The notes: generated by a model not told the origin, from the letters alone. A DNA stretch of 64,000 nt from Candidatus Omnitrophota bacterium (GCA_016214265.1 JACROU010000045.1:1072-65071), one strand, 5' to 3'; counted from the stretch's first letter, positions 48,278-58,681 are shown. A program made the numbers and translations.

Positions 48278-49585
48278 TTAGCTAGCCGGATTTTCCAAAA
48301 TTTCGTTAAACGCTCCCGTCACTTTTTTAATCAAAAATTTGATTTGAGATTCCGTAATCACAAGCGGAGGCATAAAGGTTAAAACGTTTCTGTCCTTCCC
48401 TGTTTTTCCGGCCAGAACACCCCTGTCCTTCAGCGCTTCCAAAATTCGGTCCAGATCCCGTGCCGCGGGATCCCCATTCTTCCGCCGAAGTTCAAGTCCC
48501 AGCATCAGCCCCAATCCCCGGACATCGAAAATTAGGGAATATTTCTTTTGAAGTTTGCGGCACTCTTTTTTAAGCAATGCGCCGAGCCGATTGGCGCGTT
48601 GATCCAATCGATTGGAATCCATGAAATCCAGTGTGGCTAAAGCAGCGGCCGCAGAGGTTTGAGTTCCGCCAAATGTCGAAGCTCCGGGTTTGATGTAGGA
48701 CTTCGCAATTTCATCGGTCGTGATGAACGCGCTAATCGGCAGGCCGTTTGCCAGCGCCTTACACACCGTCAAGATGTCCGGTTGAATACCAAAATGCTGA
48801 AACCCGAATTTTTTCCCGGTCCTGCAAAATCCGGTCTGCGCCTCATCGATAATCAACAACACGCCATGTTTTTTCAGAATTTTTTCGAGCCGCTCGAAAT
48901 ATTCCCGGGGCGGGACTTGAATGCCCCCGTTTCCATGAACCGATTCGGTGATCAGTGCGGCGATCCGGTTCGGATATTTATTCAATATCTTTTCAGCCTC
49001 ATCAGCGCATTTAATTTTGCAGCTAGGATACTTCAGTCCAAGCGGACACTCGTGACAGGTCGGACTTGGAATAAAATGAACATTTTCCGCAGGTTCGGGA
49101 TCCGTGCGCCAAAAAGAAATTCCAGTCACACTCGACGTCAAATAAGTCCGGCCGTGCAGTGCCTGGCGGAGCGCCATAAAATCCGTCCGCCCCGTATGCA
49201 ATTTGGCGAGCAGCATCGCCCCTTCATTGGCTTCACTGCCGCTCGTGCAAAAAAAACTGCGCCGAAGTTTCCCGGGAATAAACCGGGCCAATCGCTCAGC
49301 CAGCCGCAAAAGAGGCTCGGTAATATAAATAGTAGTCGTGTGCTGAAGATTTCGCAGCTGCTGGTAGACCGCCTTCAGAATTTTAGGATTCGAATGGCCG
49401 CAATTAACAACACCCACACCGGAATAAGCATCCAGATATTTCTTCCCGGTATCGTCGTAGAGATAAACCCCTTTGCCTTTTTTCAAAAGCATCGGGCTCT
49501 TGTAAAAATGGTAGACGCAGGGAATCAAATATTTTTTCTTCTTCTCCAAGAAGTTTTGAATGCGGCTTTTAGTGGCTGTTTTCAT
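48278..49585 (-). CDS. class III pyridoxal-phosphate-dependent aminotransferase with internal Cys4 insertion
   Basis: 435 aa; LLIIDEAQTGFCRTGKKFGFQHFGIQPDILTVCKAL (PLP-lysine region); insertion PTCHECPLGLKYPSCKIKCADEAE at about 48990-49080. Confidence 0.82.
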   Translation of the reverse strand: MKTATKSRIQNFLEKKKKYLIPCVYHFYKSPMLLKKGKGVYLYDDTGKKYLDAYSGVGVVNCGHSNPKILKAVYQQLRNLQHTTTIYITEPLLRLAERLARFIPGKLRRSFFCTSGSEANEGAMLLAKLHTGRTDFMALRQALHGRTYLTSSVTGISFWRTDPEPAENVHFIPSPTCHECPLGLKYPSCKIKCADEAEKILNKYPNRIAALITESVHGNGGIQVPPREYFERLEKILKKHGVLLIIDEAQTGFCRTGKKFGFQHFGIQPDILTVCKALANGLPISAFITTDEIAKSYIKPGASTFGGTQTSAAAALATLDFMDSNRLDQRANRLGALLKKECRKLQKKYSLIFDVRGLGLMLGLELRRKNGDPAARDLDRILEALKDRGVLAGKTGKDRNVLTFMPPLVITESQIKFLIKKVTGAFNEILENPAS

Positions 49586-51615
49586 TGCAAGATATTGAGT
49601 TTCGGTGACTCAGTGTAAGAAATGATAAGATTAGTCGGAAGCTCGGACAATGGCTCCGAAATATCCTCATTCGGATTCCCGTAAGGTCCGAGCGAAAACG
49701 GCCGAGGCGCTTCTTTTTTAAGAGAATCAAACAACGCCGCCCAGGAACTATCTGGTTTCGACTCTTCGCGGACCGTTTTCAATTTTTCACCGTATAACTC
49801 CACCAATCGCAGGAGGTACGGTGCGTCGTACAGCATCCCTTCAATTCTCAACCGTTTGATGGACGGCTGAAAAAATGATTCCAGAATATCTACCGTACAA
49901 AGATCCTTCGACATAAACACGTGATTCCGGCAATACTGATCGGCTTCCAGAAAATACAAGTCATTCAATCGGCTTCTGAGCGCATACTTAAGCCCCGTGC
50001 ATGGTCCCGAGCAGCTATCATATTTGGTCGTGCCCGTCATGTGCGCACCGATCACGCAATAATCCAGAATCATTCCCGGTACGGAACCGTGAATCAGACA
50101 TTCCATTGGCAATGCAGACTGAGAGGCAAGATTTAAAATCTGGTGCAGATTCAATTCCACGCCCGGGGTTAAAAATGAAACGCCCTCGCCCTTTAAAAAA
50201 TTTATCGCTGGCGGATTCCAAACGTTCAACGAAAAGTCCGCGTGAACGGGAACGTGGGTCAATTTCCGAACCACCTGAAGCGCCCCCAGATTGTGTACCA
50301 GATATTCATCTGGAGGACAGTCCGCAAGATCGCCGATCAGCTGCTCAATTTCCAGCAACTCCCTTTCTGTCGTGATGCGCGGGGTTTGAATGCCAATCTT
50401 CTTCCCCACTTGATGGCATTGCGTAATCAACTTTTTAAAATCGTCCCGGCTAACCGAAGTTGAAAATGGACCCGAGAACAATTCACCGCCGACATAAATC
50501 CAGTCACAGGAAGATTTCGTCAATGCCATGGCGGTTTTCAAATCGCCACAGCGCACGCTCAATTCGGGCAGAGAAACATCCACGCCCACGTTAATGGTTT
50601 CCAACAGCCGGGCTGCATCTGTCTCGGAATAAGGTTTCTCCTGAACCGCGATGGAAAAAATTCGGGGTTCCCGCTCACCATCCAAGCCTGTGGAACCGAG
50701 CCCAGGACGGGAAAAGGCATGATTGCCATCCACTTCGCGAATGGTGTGTTTTTTTAGCGCGGCCAAGTCATTAAAATCCGTTCTGTAGTGAGAAGGATTT
50801 TCATAATATCGATCGATGGCTTTCCGATATGCACTAACGATGGGCATCAGGTATTCCAATTTGCGTGCCCGGCCCTCAATCTTAAGCGATGCGATATTGG
50901 CCGCGACCAGTTCCGGTATTTGGTGAAACAGGCAAATATCTTTGCGGGCCAACACATATTTTTCTTCCACCTGGGCAAGAATCTTGGAACTGCTGCGATC
51001 CACCAAATCCCATTGCCAGCGGCAGGATTTCAAACATTTTCCTCGGTTCGAGCTCATCGACGTCGACACCCCGCTGTGAAAACATTGCGAGCTTTGAGCG
51101 ACGCACATATCACCGTGGACAAAATATTCCACCTCGAGCCCCGAACTCTGCGCAATTTCATTTGCCTGATAAACCGTAATATCCCGAGAAGTGATAATAC
51201 GGGTGACACCGTGCCGTTTCAAAATCGATGCAGAGGCACGATGATGAACATTCATCATCGTGCTGGCATGCCGGGGAATTTTGATGCCCAGCTCATTCAT
51301 TGCCTGCAGGAGTCCCAGATCGTGAAGAATCACTGCGTCGGAATTGATTTCTTCCAAAAAAGAAAAGTATTCCCTGACAGCGCCCATCTCTCCGGAAGTC
51401 AGAAGATTATTCATCGTCAAATAAACTTTCACATTTTTTCCGTGAGCATATTCAATTGCGCTTTTCAATTCACGATCTTCAAAATGAAGCCAATTCCCGT
51501 GCTGGCGCATGCTGTAGCGTTTGCCACTCAGGTAAACTGCATCGGCTCCCGCTTCAATCACGGCTTCCAAAGTTTCGCGGGTACCCGCGGGCGCTAAAAG
51601 TTCGATTTTTTTCAT
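49582..51615 (-). CDS. peptidase-U32-family protein, tandem U32 domains (RlhA/YdcP-like size)
   Basis: 677 aa; N-terminus MKKIELLAPAGTRETLEAVIEAGADAVYLSGK is a typical U32 start; second U32-like half from about aa 330. Confidence 0.82.
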   Translation of the reverse strand: MKKIELLAPAGTRETLEAVIEAGADAVYLSGKRYSMRQHGNWLHFEDRELKSAIEYAHGKNVKVYLTMNNLLTSGEMGAVREYFSFLEEINSDAVILHDLGLLQAMNELGIKIPRHASTMMNVHHRASASILKRHGVTRIITSRDITVYQANEIAQSSGLEVEYFVHGDMCVAQSSQCFHSGVSTSMSSNRGKCLKSCRWQWDLVDRSSSKILAQVEEKYVLARKDICLFHQIPELVAANIASLKIEGRARKLEYLMPIVSAYRKAIDRYYENPSHYRTDFNDLAALKKHTIREVDGNHAFSRPGLGSTGLDGEREPRIFSIAVQEKPYSETDAARLLETINVGVDVSLPELSVRCGDLKTAMALTKSSCDWIYVGGELFSGPFSTSVSRDDFKKLITQCHQVGKKIGIQTPRITTERELLEIEQLIGDLADCPPDEYLVHNLGALQVVRKLTHVPVHADFSLNVWNPPAINFLKGEGVSFLTPGVELNLHQILNLASQSALPMECLIHGSVPGMILDYCVIGAHMTGTTKYDSCSGPCTGLKYALRSRLNDLYFLEADQYCRNHVFMSKDLCTVDILESFFQPSIKRLRIEGMLYDAPYLLRLVELYGEKLKTVREESKPDSSWAALFDSLKKEAPRPFSLGPYGNPNEDISEPLSELPTNLIISYTESPKLNILQ

Positions 51616-51646
51616 TGCGATAAAACCTCGATAATCTCAAAAATCA

Positions 51647-52759
51647 TTAATAAATTCCTTCCTCAACTTTGAATTGTTGTTGCTCGAGGGGGCACGGATC
51701 GGCCAGCCCGTCCCAAATTGAGCCGAATAATTTTTCTTCATCCCCTGCCTCGACATGAACTGCGGTATCCCGTTCCATCACATTGGGGAGAAAATAACTT
51801 TCATCCAAACGGTGGAACACGACCTGTCCCCGTTTGCCAACAGTCACCTGCCGGCGCAACCGTTCGGAATCAGGCAATGTTTGATCTAGCGAAATCAAGC
51901 GGATGATGACCCTGTCATGATGAGGGAAATAACAGTTTAGGCCATTCTCTTTGCTGAGATCTTTCACACTATGGCAGACACCGAACAGTGAATTGCCATA
52001 GCCCATAATCACTTTCGCGTTCGGAAAAGCCGCCTTGAATTTCTCCCGCGTTTCCGGCTTAAGCGGCATGCCACCCAAATAAATTCCCCGGATTTTCTTT
52101 CGCCGCGAATCCGTCAACCGGTCGATCAAAGCCTCAAGCACCACCGGCGTCACAAAAACATTCTCAATCTGCTGCGTGTTCCAAACCGAAAGCGCTTGCG
52201 AGAGAATATGCTCCAAATACCGAGCCCGGGCCACTGAACCTGTTTCGAGTTTCCGGTACCAGCGCGGATCAAAATCGATGGAAAAGGCATCCGAACCGCT
52301 CATTTCTTTGGCAATGGCATTACAGGCTTTGCCAATCACGTGAGGACCTCCCGGCCCGATCCAAAGCCAGCGGCCCACGCCTGAAAAATCAAGCGCCATC
52401 GCCACGCCAATAAAACTTTCCACAAAAATTTTGTGGAACTCTTCCTCAAAATAAGCCGTGATCTTGGGACGGCCTGTCGCGCCTCCGGTTTCGGCCGTAA
52501 TCAGTTTGCGATTTTGTTGCAGAAATCGCATCGGAATAAAATCTTCTACCGGGCGCACCGACAAATCATTCAAATTCATCGGGCCCAGCCGCCACAAATC
52601 ATCCTCGGTCTGAATTTGATCCTGAATTGAAAAACCCAGGACCTTTTCTTTCTCAAGCCAATAACGGCTTCCCGATTGAGGATCCAGATGAATTTCCAGT
52701 ATCCGTTGCAGCCTCTTGGACGGGGCAAGAACATTTTCTTTTCCCGAAAACAATTTCAT
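51647..52759 (-). CDS. adenylate-forming enzyme, PaaK/LuxE-like (ANL superfamily)
   Basis: 370 aa; TGGATGRPKI (P-loop-like (S/T)GGxTGxPK) and GYGNSLFG (GYGxTE-like). Family-level call only. Confidence 0.5.
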   Translation of the reverse strand: MKLFSGKENVLAPSKRLQRILEIHLDPQSGSRYWLEKEKVLGFSIQDQIQTEDDLWRLGPMNLNDLSVRPVEDFIPMRFLQQNRKLITAETGGATGRPKITAYFEEEFHKIFVESFIGVAMALDFSGVGRWLWIGPGGPHVIGKACNAIAKEMSGSDAFSIDFDPRWYRKLETGSVARARYLEHILSQALSVWNTQQIENVFVTPVVLEALIDRLTDSRRKKIRGIYLGGMPLKPETREKFKAAFPNAKVIMGYGNSLFGVCHSVKDLSKENGLNCYFPHHDRVIIRLISLDQTLPDSERLRRQVTVGKRGQVVFHRLDESYFLPNVMERDTAVHVEAGDEEKLFGSIWDGLADPCPLEQQQFKVEEGIY

Positions 52760-54336
52760 GCCTCGGCCAGCTCCTCAAGAATACGGGTGTTGATGTTGCG
52801 AAAATGTTCGCTGAAAATATAACCCAGCTTCAAACACATGGCCTGATCGCCCAAAAGTTTCAACCGTCCCTGGAACAGAGCTTCGCGCGGATCCAGAGCT
52901 CCGCTCACTATTAACTGAAAAATCGTTTCATTCATTTCATAGCCAAAATCAGAATTGAGTTTCTCGAGCTCCTGACATTTACGAACGGAACCGCAATCAA
53001 ACTCCACGAGCTTTTCCACCGGACGGTCCCCCGTCACCCGGAAAAGCACCCGCGCTTTCACAAATTGAATCCGTTTCATAAAACTGTCGCCAAAATCATT
53101 TTCACTGAACCGTTCCAGATAGCGCTCCGGTTCTTCGGCACTCAAACAGCTCAAAGCCAACGCGTTGAGCCTCGGCGAGACTTTCCGGTTCACATATTTT
53201 TCAAGCTGAACGATGAAATCCCGGGCGATGGTTTCCAAACTCATCGTGTCCGCATGCGTCATCTCGGAACCGGTAACTGCCGGTTTCAAATCAAACACAG
53301 GAGACGAATACAGATAAGGCTCGTAAACACGCGTCGTGCGGAAAAAGCGCTCCTCAAACGGCGTGCGGCTTTTTTGCTTCCAATCTTCTTTTTCCACCAA
53401 TTCGATTCCCTCAAGTCCAAGCACGCGGCAAAAAACCGCGCGGGACTGTCCGATCGTCACTTCGGTTGAGGACAGCACGTCGAACACTTGCGACCGAATT
53501 GGCCGCTTGATCAAATTCTCAAGAATCCGGTCCGCCAGATAAAATACCGACACTAGATTCAGCCGGGTATTGGGATTCGCTCCGACCCGCATGGGAATCC
53601 TGTAAATGGAATCGCGCAGTTCAATGCCGTATTGCCGCGTCAGTTTTTTTCCGTCATGAAAATCGTCGTGGCAGCATTCCCGGATAAAATGAAGGAGTTT
53701 CAAAAAAGTGTAGAGCGTCGTCATCGTCTGCGCTTCCCCAATCACCTGTCCGCCCACCACAATGCTGGGCCGGTAAACAGAAATGACGGGCTCAGAACCA
53801 GCAAACTGCTTCTGAAGAAAAACCTCGGCTTCGAATTTTGATTTCTCATAGGGATTTTTGAATGTCTGATAACGATTGAGTTCGTTGGATGAAAAACAGA
53901 AAGGATAATTCCCCGCCACAAACGCGGTGCTGACATGATGGAAATTTTTGATTTTGAGCTTTTGGCAAAGTTCAAACGCGTGACGCACACCATCAGTATT
54001 TTGCGAGCAAATCTCGGATTCCTTGTCCTCATCGAAACACGTCATGCCAGCGCAATGAACGAAGGCATCGATGTTTCCGGTCAGGTCAGCGATGGCCTGA
54101 GAGCCAAGTCCGCAACCGGCTTGCGACACATCCCCTTCCAGAACCGTTAAGCGGTGATCGCGGTTAAGCGAACGAAGTTCTGGAAACGCATCGAAAAAGT
54201 GGGCCAGCCGTCCTTCCAGCAAGCCTTTTCGCCGGCGAAGGATGAGCGTCACGCGAAAATCTTCCGCCAAAAGACGCGCCAATACGTGCCGGCCAATATA
54301 TCCCGTTGCCCCTGTGAGTAACATATGCTGTGTCAA
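52756..54336 (-). CDS. NAD(P)-dependent acyl/thioester reductase (NAD_binding_4, fatty-acyl-CoA reductase-like) with C-terminal SCP2 sterol-carrier domain
   Basis: LLTGATGYIGRHVL Rossmann motif, YEKSK catalytic dyad; C-terminal GALDPREALFQGRLKLLGDQAMCLKL is SCP2-like. Confidence 0.7.
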   Translation of the reverse strand: MTQHMLLTGATGYIGRHVLARLLAEDFRVTLILRRRKGLLEGRLAHFFDAFPELRSLNRDHRLTVLEGDVSQAGCGLGSQAIADLTGNIDAFVHCAGMTCFDEDKESEICSQNTDGVRHAFELCQKLKIKNFHHVSTAFVAGNYPFCFSSNELNRYQTFKNPYEKSKFEAEVFLQKQFAGSEPVISVYRPSIVVGGQVIGEAQTMTTLYTFLKLLHFIRECCHDDFHDGKKLTRQYGIELRDSIYRIPMRVGANPNTRLNLVSVFYLADRILENLIKRPIRSQVFDVLSSTEVTIGQSRAVFCRVLGLEGIELVEKEDWKQKSRTPFEERFFRTTRVYEPYLYSSPVFDLKPAVTGSEMTHADTMSLETIARDFIVQLEKYVNRKVSPRLNALALSCLSAEEPERYLERFSENDFGDSFMKRIQFVKARVLFRVTGDRPVEKLVEFDCGSVRKCQELEKLNSDFGYEMNETIFQLIVSGALDPREALFQGRLKLLGDQAMCLKLGYIFSEHFRNINTRILEELAEA

Positions 54337-54384
54337 GGATAGGTCAATCCGTTCTTTGATAGGCTGAAATAAATTTCGTTCAGT

Positions 54385-55932
54385 CTAAAATTTTTGTTCA
54401 AAAGCTTTTTCGGGAAGCCTCAGGTATTTTTCCAGAATTTGAGGATCATCAAAATCTGCCTGATCAAAATAAATCATCAACGTTCCTCGCTGCCGAGGGG
54501 TTCCTGCATGATAGATTCCGGAAGCCGCAAGCAACGCTGCCTCCAGCCGGTCCACGTTCCGGACCAAACCATTTCTGTCGAACATGCTGATGGTCCCCCC
54601 GTTGAACGGAAGGCTCTCCAATTCATCATACGAAAGTAATTTATAGGAACCGCGTTCGTTGGCCTGAACGTTTTCCGGCAATTTCGGCTGAATCTCCATT
54701 ACCTCATGGGTGCCGGAAGAATAAAGGGCGATTTCGTGAGAGTTCCCTCTAAAAATCTCCACCAGCGCGGGCACATCCGCATCGATTTTTTTAGGTACCT
54801 TATTTTCAAGCACGAAATGCTTGCTGGCTAACGGAGTTTCATACTTTTCTTTGGCCCATTTCTCTAAAATTTGAGTCGGGAAAATTTTATAATAGCAGCC
54901 GCAGCTCGAAACATTTTCATACACCAGCGGCTCATTGAATTTATTTAACGCGATGCGGATAATCGATCCTTGCGTGGAGCCGACTTCCGGATCGAAACCG
55001 CCATTCAATTGCGGCCGTTCCGGAAACCACATCGTGTACACCAGAAATTTGACGCTCGCGCCTTGCACCATTTTCGTTTCGGCATAAGCATAAATCACTG
55101 GTTCGGCCACGTTCACTTTTGGCTGAGCTTTGGCGGCAGTCTTGCCTTCGATAACAATTTTTCCGAACTGGTCGTCTTTGGGATCAAAATTGATTTTCTC
55201 TTTTTTCTCCATCGCAATCACCGGGGCGTAATATTGAAGAAGCTGCCAATCATTAACCTCGGTCATCTCCTCCAACGCATCCGGAAAACTAACCGCTTCG
55301 GGACGATAAACATCGACTTGTTTCAAATTCAATTTCGGAGCAGTATGCGGTGTGGTCATGACGTGATAGCCCATCCAAGCGCGGACAAACGGAGAAAACG
55401 GCAGCAGCAACAGCTGTCTTATGGTTCGTCCCCGCGTTTTGATCGAAGAGGCGATATGCGTGGTGATGGTTTTAAAATAGCGGTCGAGCGATTGCGGATT
55501 TTGAATGCTTTCGACTTGATGAATTTCACCCTCTAATTTTTCAGAAGCATCCTTTTTGTACGACACCAGAACATGATCGTAGGCATCTCCCATTTTCTGC
55601 GCCGGAATGCGTTTCAACTCCAACTCCGTCGCTTTGTCTCCCAGCTCCTTCGCTTCGGTCAGTGTTTTGACAATAAACTTCCGTTTCGTTTCAAGGTCAC
55701 CGAATGTCCTGTACTCCTCCAGCCGGGATTTGGATTCCATATCAAACACCAAAAATTCTTTTTTCCGGACTTCAAAATAGCGGGCATCAGACACGGCTTC
55801 TTTTTGAATCAGCTTGTGGACAGTCTTCACCGAATCTGTTTCTAAAATCCGGGAACGCGATGTGGAAGCACACCCCGAAACAAACAAGACGGTAAGTACG
55901 ACAGACAGGAATTTATTGATTCGATTTTTCAT
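54385..55932 (-). CDS. hypothetical lipoprotein (515 aa)
   Basis: Lipobox MKNRINKFLSVVLTVLFVSGCAS. Confidence 0.55.
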   Translation of the reverse strand: MKNRINKFLSVVLTVLFVSGCASTSRSRILETDSVKTVHKLIQKEAVSDARYFEVRKKEFLVFDMESKSRLEEYRTFGDLETKRKFIVKTLTEAKELGDKATELELKRIPAQKMGDAYDHVLVSYKKDASEKLEGEIHQVESIQNPQSLDRYFKTITTHIASSIKTRGRTIRQLLLLPFSPFVRAWMGYHVMTTPHTAPKLNLKQVDVYRPEAVSFPDALEEMTEVNDWQLLQYYAPVIAMEKKEKINFDPKDDQFGKIVIEGKTAAKAQPKVNVAEPVIYAYAETKMVQGASVKFLVYTMWFPERPQLNGGFDPEVGSTQGSIIRIALNKFNEPLVYENVSSCGCYYKIFPTQILEKWAKEKYETPLASKHFVLENKVPKKIDADVPALVEIFRGNSHEIALYSSGTHEVMEIQPKLPENVQANERGSYKLLSYDELESLPFNGGTISMFDRNGLVRNVDRLEAALLAASGIYHAGTPRQRGTLMIYFDQADFDDPQILEKYLRLPEKAFEQKF

Positions 55933-56429
55933 ACAAGAGCCTTTTCAACGTCTTTGGCTAATTCATCCGAATATTCATGATATTCGCCGAGGATTTTCCC
56001 ATTGGTATCAATCAAAAATGAAGCGGGTAGCCCCACCACGCCGTACTCTTTTGCCGTCTCGGACCCGGAATCCAGCCAAACCGGATAATTGATCGCGAAT
56101 TTATCTTTATAGATGGCAACTTTTTTATCAGACTCCCCCACATCCACGCCTAAAATCGTGAACGATTTTTCGGAGAATTTCTTTTGCAGTTCGACTAGCT
56201 GCGGAATTTCATGCTGGCACGCGCGACACCAGGTGGCCCAAAAGTTGATCAGCACCACTTTCTTTTCTTTCAGCAAATCATTGAGATTTGAATTTTTGCC
56301 CTCAACCGAAGTGAGAGAAAATTTTGGGGCTTGTTGTCCCTGTCCCATGTCAGCATATCCCCGCCCCAAAACCGTAACCATAAATAGAAGAGCCAGGCCG
56401 CAAATCACCAAATTATTTTTTGATGTCAT
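55929..56429 (-). CDS. TlpA/ResA-like thiol-disulfide oxidoreductase (thioredoxin fold)
   Basis: WATWCRACQHE active-site CxxC; signal anchor. Confidence 0.8.
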   Translation of the reverse strand: MTSKNNLVICGLALLFMVTVLGRGYADMGQGQQAPKFSLTSVEGKNSNLNDLLKEKKVVLINFWATWCRACQHEIPQLVELQKKFSEKSFTILGVDVGESDKKVAIYKDKFAINYPVWLDSGSETAKEYGVVGLPASFLIDTNGKILGEYHEYSDELAKDVEKALV

Positions 56430-57130
56430 ACCAGCAATCCTCCCATTTTGATAAAAAGATATTCCGCAGCCAAAATCAGCAAAAAACCGAATATTTTCTT
56501 GATCCGCTCAAGCCAAATTCCCGACTTGGGCATGGACGCGATCAATCCCGTAAACGTTCCGAGCAGAATAAATAAAAATCCGACGCCGTAACCAAAAACA
56601 AAAAGCAGTGAAAATCCGTAAAATAAATTTTTCTTGCTCCCGACGTAAACCAGAATCGAGGCAAGCACTGGCGCGGTACAAGGCCCAACAATCAGTCCCG
56701 CAAGCGCGCCCATGATAAACACGCCCAGGACGCCTTCTTTTTTTTTCTGAAGCTTGCTGGGGAAAATTTGTATTTGCGGAAAAATATATTCGCTCACCAT
56801 CGACAGTCCGAAAAACAAATAGGCATTCCCGACGACAAAATAGGTCCACGGATTCGATGAAATCTGTCCGAAAAGCTGCCCGGACATGGACGCAATCAGT
56901 CCCAAAACGGCGTAGCTGATGGCCATTCCCAAAACAAAAATGAGCGAAATCGTAAACCCTCGAAACCGGGATCCGGAACTCCGCGCGCCAATGACGCCAA
57001 GTGTGAGCGGGATTACCGGATAAACGCACGGGGTGAAACTCACGAGAATTCCTGCGAGGTAAACCGCGATGAAAGCCAGTATGGGATGAAAGTGAATCAT
57101 CTCTTGTGTGTTCGCAAAAAATGCCTGCAT
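56426..57130 (-). CDS. ccdA: cytochrome c-type biogenesis protein CcdA (DsbD family)
   Basis: 234 aa; 6 TM; conserved Cys in FTPCVYPVIP and GPCTAPVL. Confidence 0.82.
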   Translation of the reverse strand: MQAFFANTQEMIHFHPILAFIAVYLAGILVSFTPCVYPVIPLTLGVIGARSSGSRFRGFTISLIFVLGMAISYAVLGLIASMSGQLFGQISSNPWTYFVVGNAYLFFGLSMVSEYIFPQIQIFPSKLQKKKEGVLGVFIMGALAGLIVGPCTAPVLASILVYVGSKKNLFYGFSLLFVFGYGVGFLFILLGTFTGLIASMPKSGIWLERIKKIFGFLLILAAEYLFIKMGGLLV

Positions 57131-57259
57131 CGTTGCTCCTAGATGGTCGAATTTGAATCGAAACTATCGGAAGAATCTACTGAAAGCAAATGAAATTAAC
57201 ATGAACTCAGTATGAAATTCTGATCATTTTGGAAGACGGCTGGGAAATAATTGCGAAGC

Positions 57260-58681
57260 TTAGAACGGCAGGGAAACCGTAAATACTGTCCCCTGTTCCA
57301 GTTGGCTCTCTACGTGAATCGTGCCTTCGTGGGCGGAAACAATGGCTTTGCAGACAGACAGCCCAAGGCCATAATTCGTAATTCCGGACGACCGGGAGGG
57401 GTCAACACGGTAAAACCGGTCAAAAATTTTATCCAGGTGTTCCGCCGCAATTCCGCGCCCCGTATCCGAAATTTTCATCACAACCTGATGTCCTTCCGGG
57501 GCAGCTTCGATGCAAACCTTGCCTCCGGGACGGTTATAATTGATAGCATTATCCACGAGATTAAACAGAAGCTGGCGAAGCAATGTTTTATCCCCGCGAA
57601 CTACGATTTCATCCGATAATTTTTGCGCCAATTGAACATTTTTTGAAACATGAAGCGGTTCGAAAAAATCGAGAAGCTCGTCTAGAAGTTTCCCAAGCGA
57701 AACCCTCTCGGCATGCAATTTCACCTGCCCGTTATCTACCCGCGCCAGAAAAAGCATGCTTTCAATGAGCTGGGAGAGTCGCTCCAACTCCTCCAATTGA
57801 CTGACCAGCACGTCCTGATACTCAGCGAGTTCCCTTTTTTTACCGAGCGTCACCTCAATCTGATTTTTCATGACCGCAATCGGAGTTTTCAGTTCGTGGG
57901 ACGCGTCCGAAGTGAACTGGGAAATTCTTTCATACGAATTCTGAATACGCGCCAGCATCGTATTAAAGGTGGACGCCAGCCGATCAAAATCGTCCCCGCT
58001 TCCTTTTAACGTCAGCCGTTCATCCAGTTTGTTGACCGTAATCGCTTCCATTTTTTTGGTGATTCTTCGAACCGGCCGGAGCGCAAACCAGGCCAAAACC
58101 CAGCCAAAAATTACTGCCATCAAAAACAAATTGGGCAGCATCCAGAATAATTTGTCTAAATAAATTTGCAGTTTTTCATGAATCACATCCAGATAAGATC
58201 CAATAAAAATATAATTGACCGTCTGCCCCCGGTCATCCGCAGACACATAAGCAGCGACATAATATCTTTTTCCTTTTGGATCTTTGACATCAAAAAACAT
58301 TTCACTGTTCTTCTTGACCTGCAAAGCATCAAGACGTTTGAGCACATCCTCAAAGCCTCCACCACCGGCATAGCTGATCACTTTTCTTTTGGAATCTAGA
58401 ATTTGGTAACTGGACGAATACTCCGGACGCTCGGAAAGTTCCTTGTCAATCCACTGTACTAGTTCCAGACCAAATGGCTGACGTTTCAGCATCGAAGCCA
58501 CTTCCTGAGTTTCGTGACCAAGAAAAAACGCAGCCCCTTTGTAAAGAGTCCGCCGAAGACCGAAATAGAAATATCCCGCAAGGATGGTGATAATTAGGAG
58601 GAAAAAGAGCGCATTCCACAGTGCCAATTGAATGCGAATGCCACCAAAAAACCGCGTGAAAAAATTCTGTTTATTGATCAA
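57260..58681 (-). CDS. two-component sensor histidine kinase (HAMP, HisKA, HATPase_c)
   Basis: 2 TM plus HAMP; H-box FTSDASHELKTPIA; N, G1 (DTGRGI) and G2 (GLGLSV) boxes. Confidence 0.88.
   Translation of the reverse strand: MINKQNFFTRFFGGIRIQLALWNALFFLLIITILAGYFYFGLRRTLYKGAAFFLGHETQEVASMLKRQPFGLELVQWIDKELSERPEYSSSYQILDSKRKVISYAGGGGFEDVLKRLDALQVKKNSEMFFDVKDPKGKRYYVAAYVSADDRGQTVNYIFIGSYLDVIHEKLQIYLDKLFWMLPNLFLMAVIFGWVLAWFALRPVRRITKKMEAITVNKLDERLTLKGSGDDFDRLASTFNTMLARIQNSYERISQFTSDASHELKTPIAVMKNQIEVTLGKKRELAEYQDVLVSQLEELERLSQLIESMLFLARVDNGQVKLHAERVSLGKLLDELLDFFEPLHVSKNVQLAQKLSDEIVVRGDKTLLRQLLFNLVDNAINYNRPGGKVCIEAAPEGHQVVMKISDTGRGIAAEHLDKIFDRFYRVDPSRSSGITNYGLGLSVCKAIVSAHEGTIHVESQLEQGTVFTVSLPF

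Noticed and set aside
50788-51597. 269-aa plus-strand ORF
   Set aside because: Antisense to the U32 gene; no motifs.
56508-57029. 173-aa minus-strand ORF overlapping ccdA in another frame
   Set aside because: CcdA frame has conserved TM/Cys motifs; the alternative frame is Arg-rich with no features.
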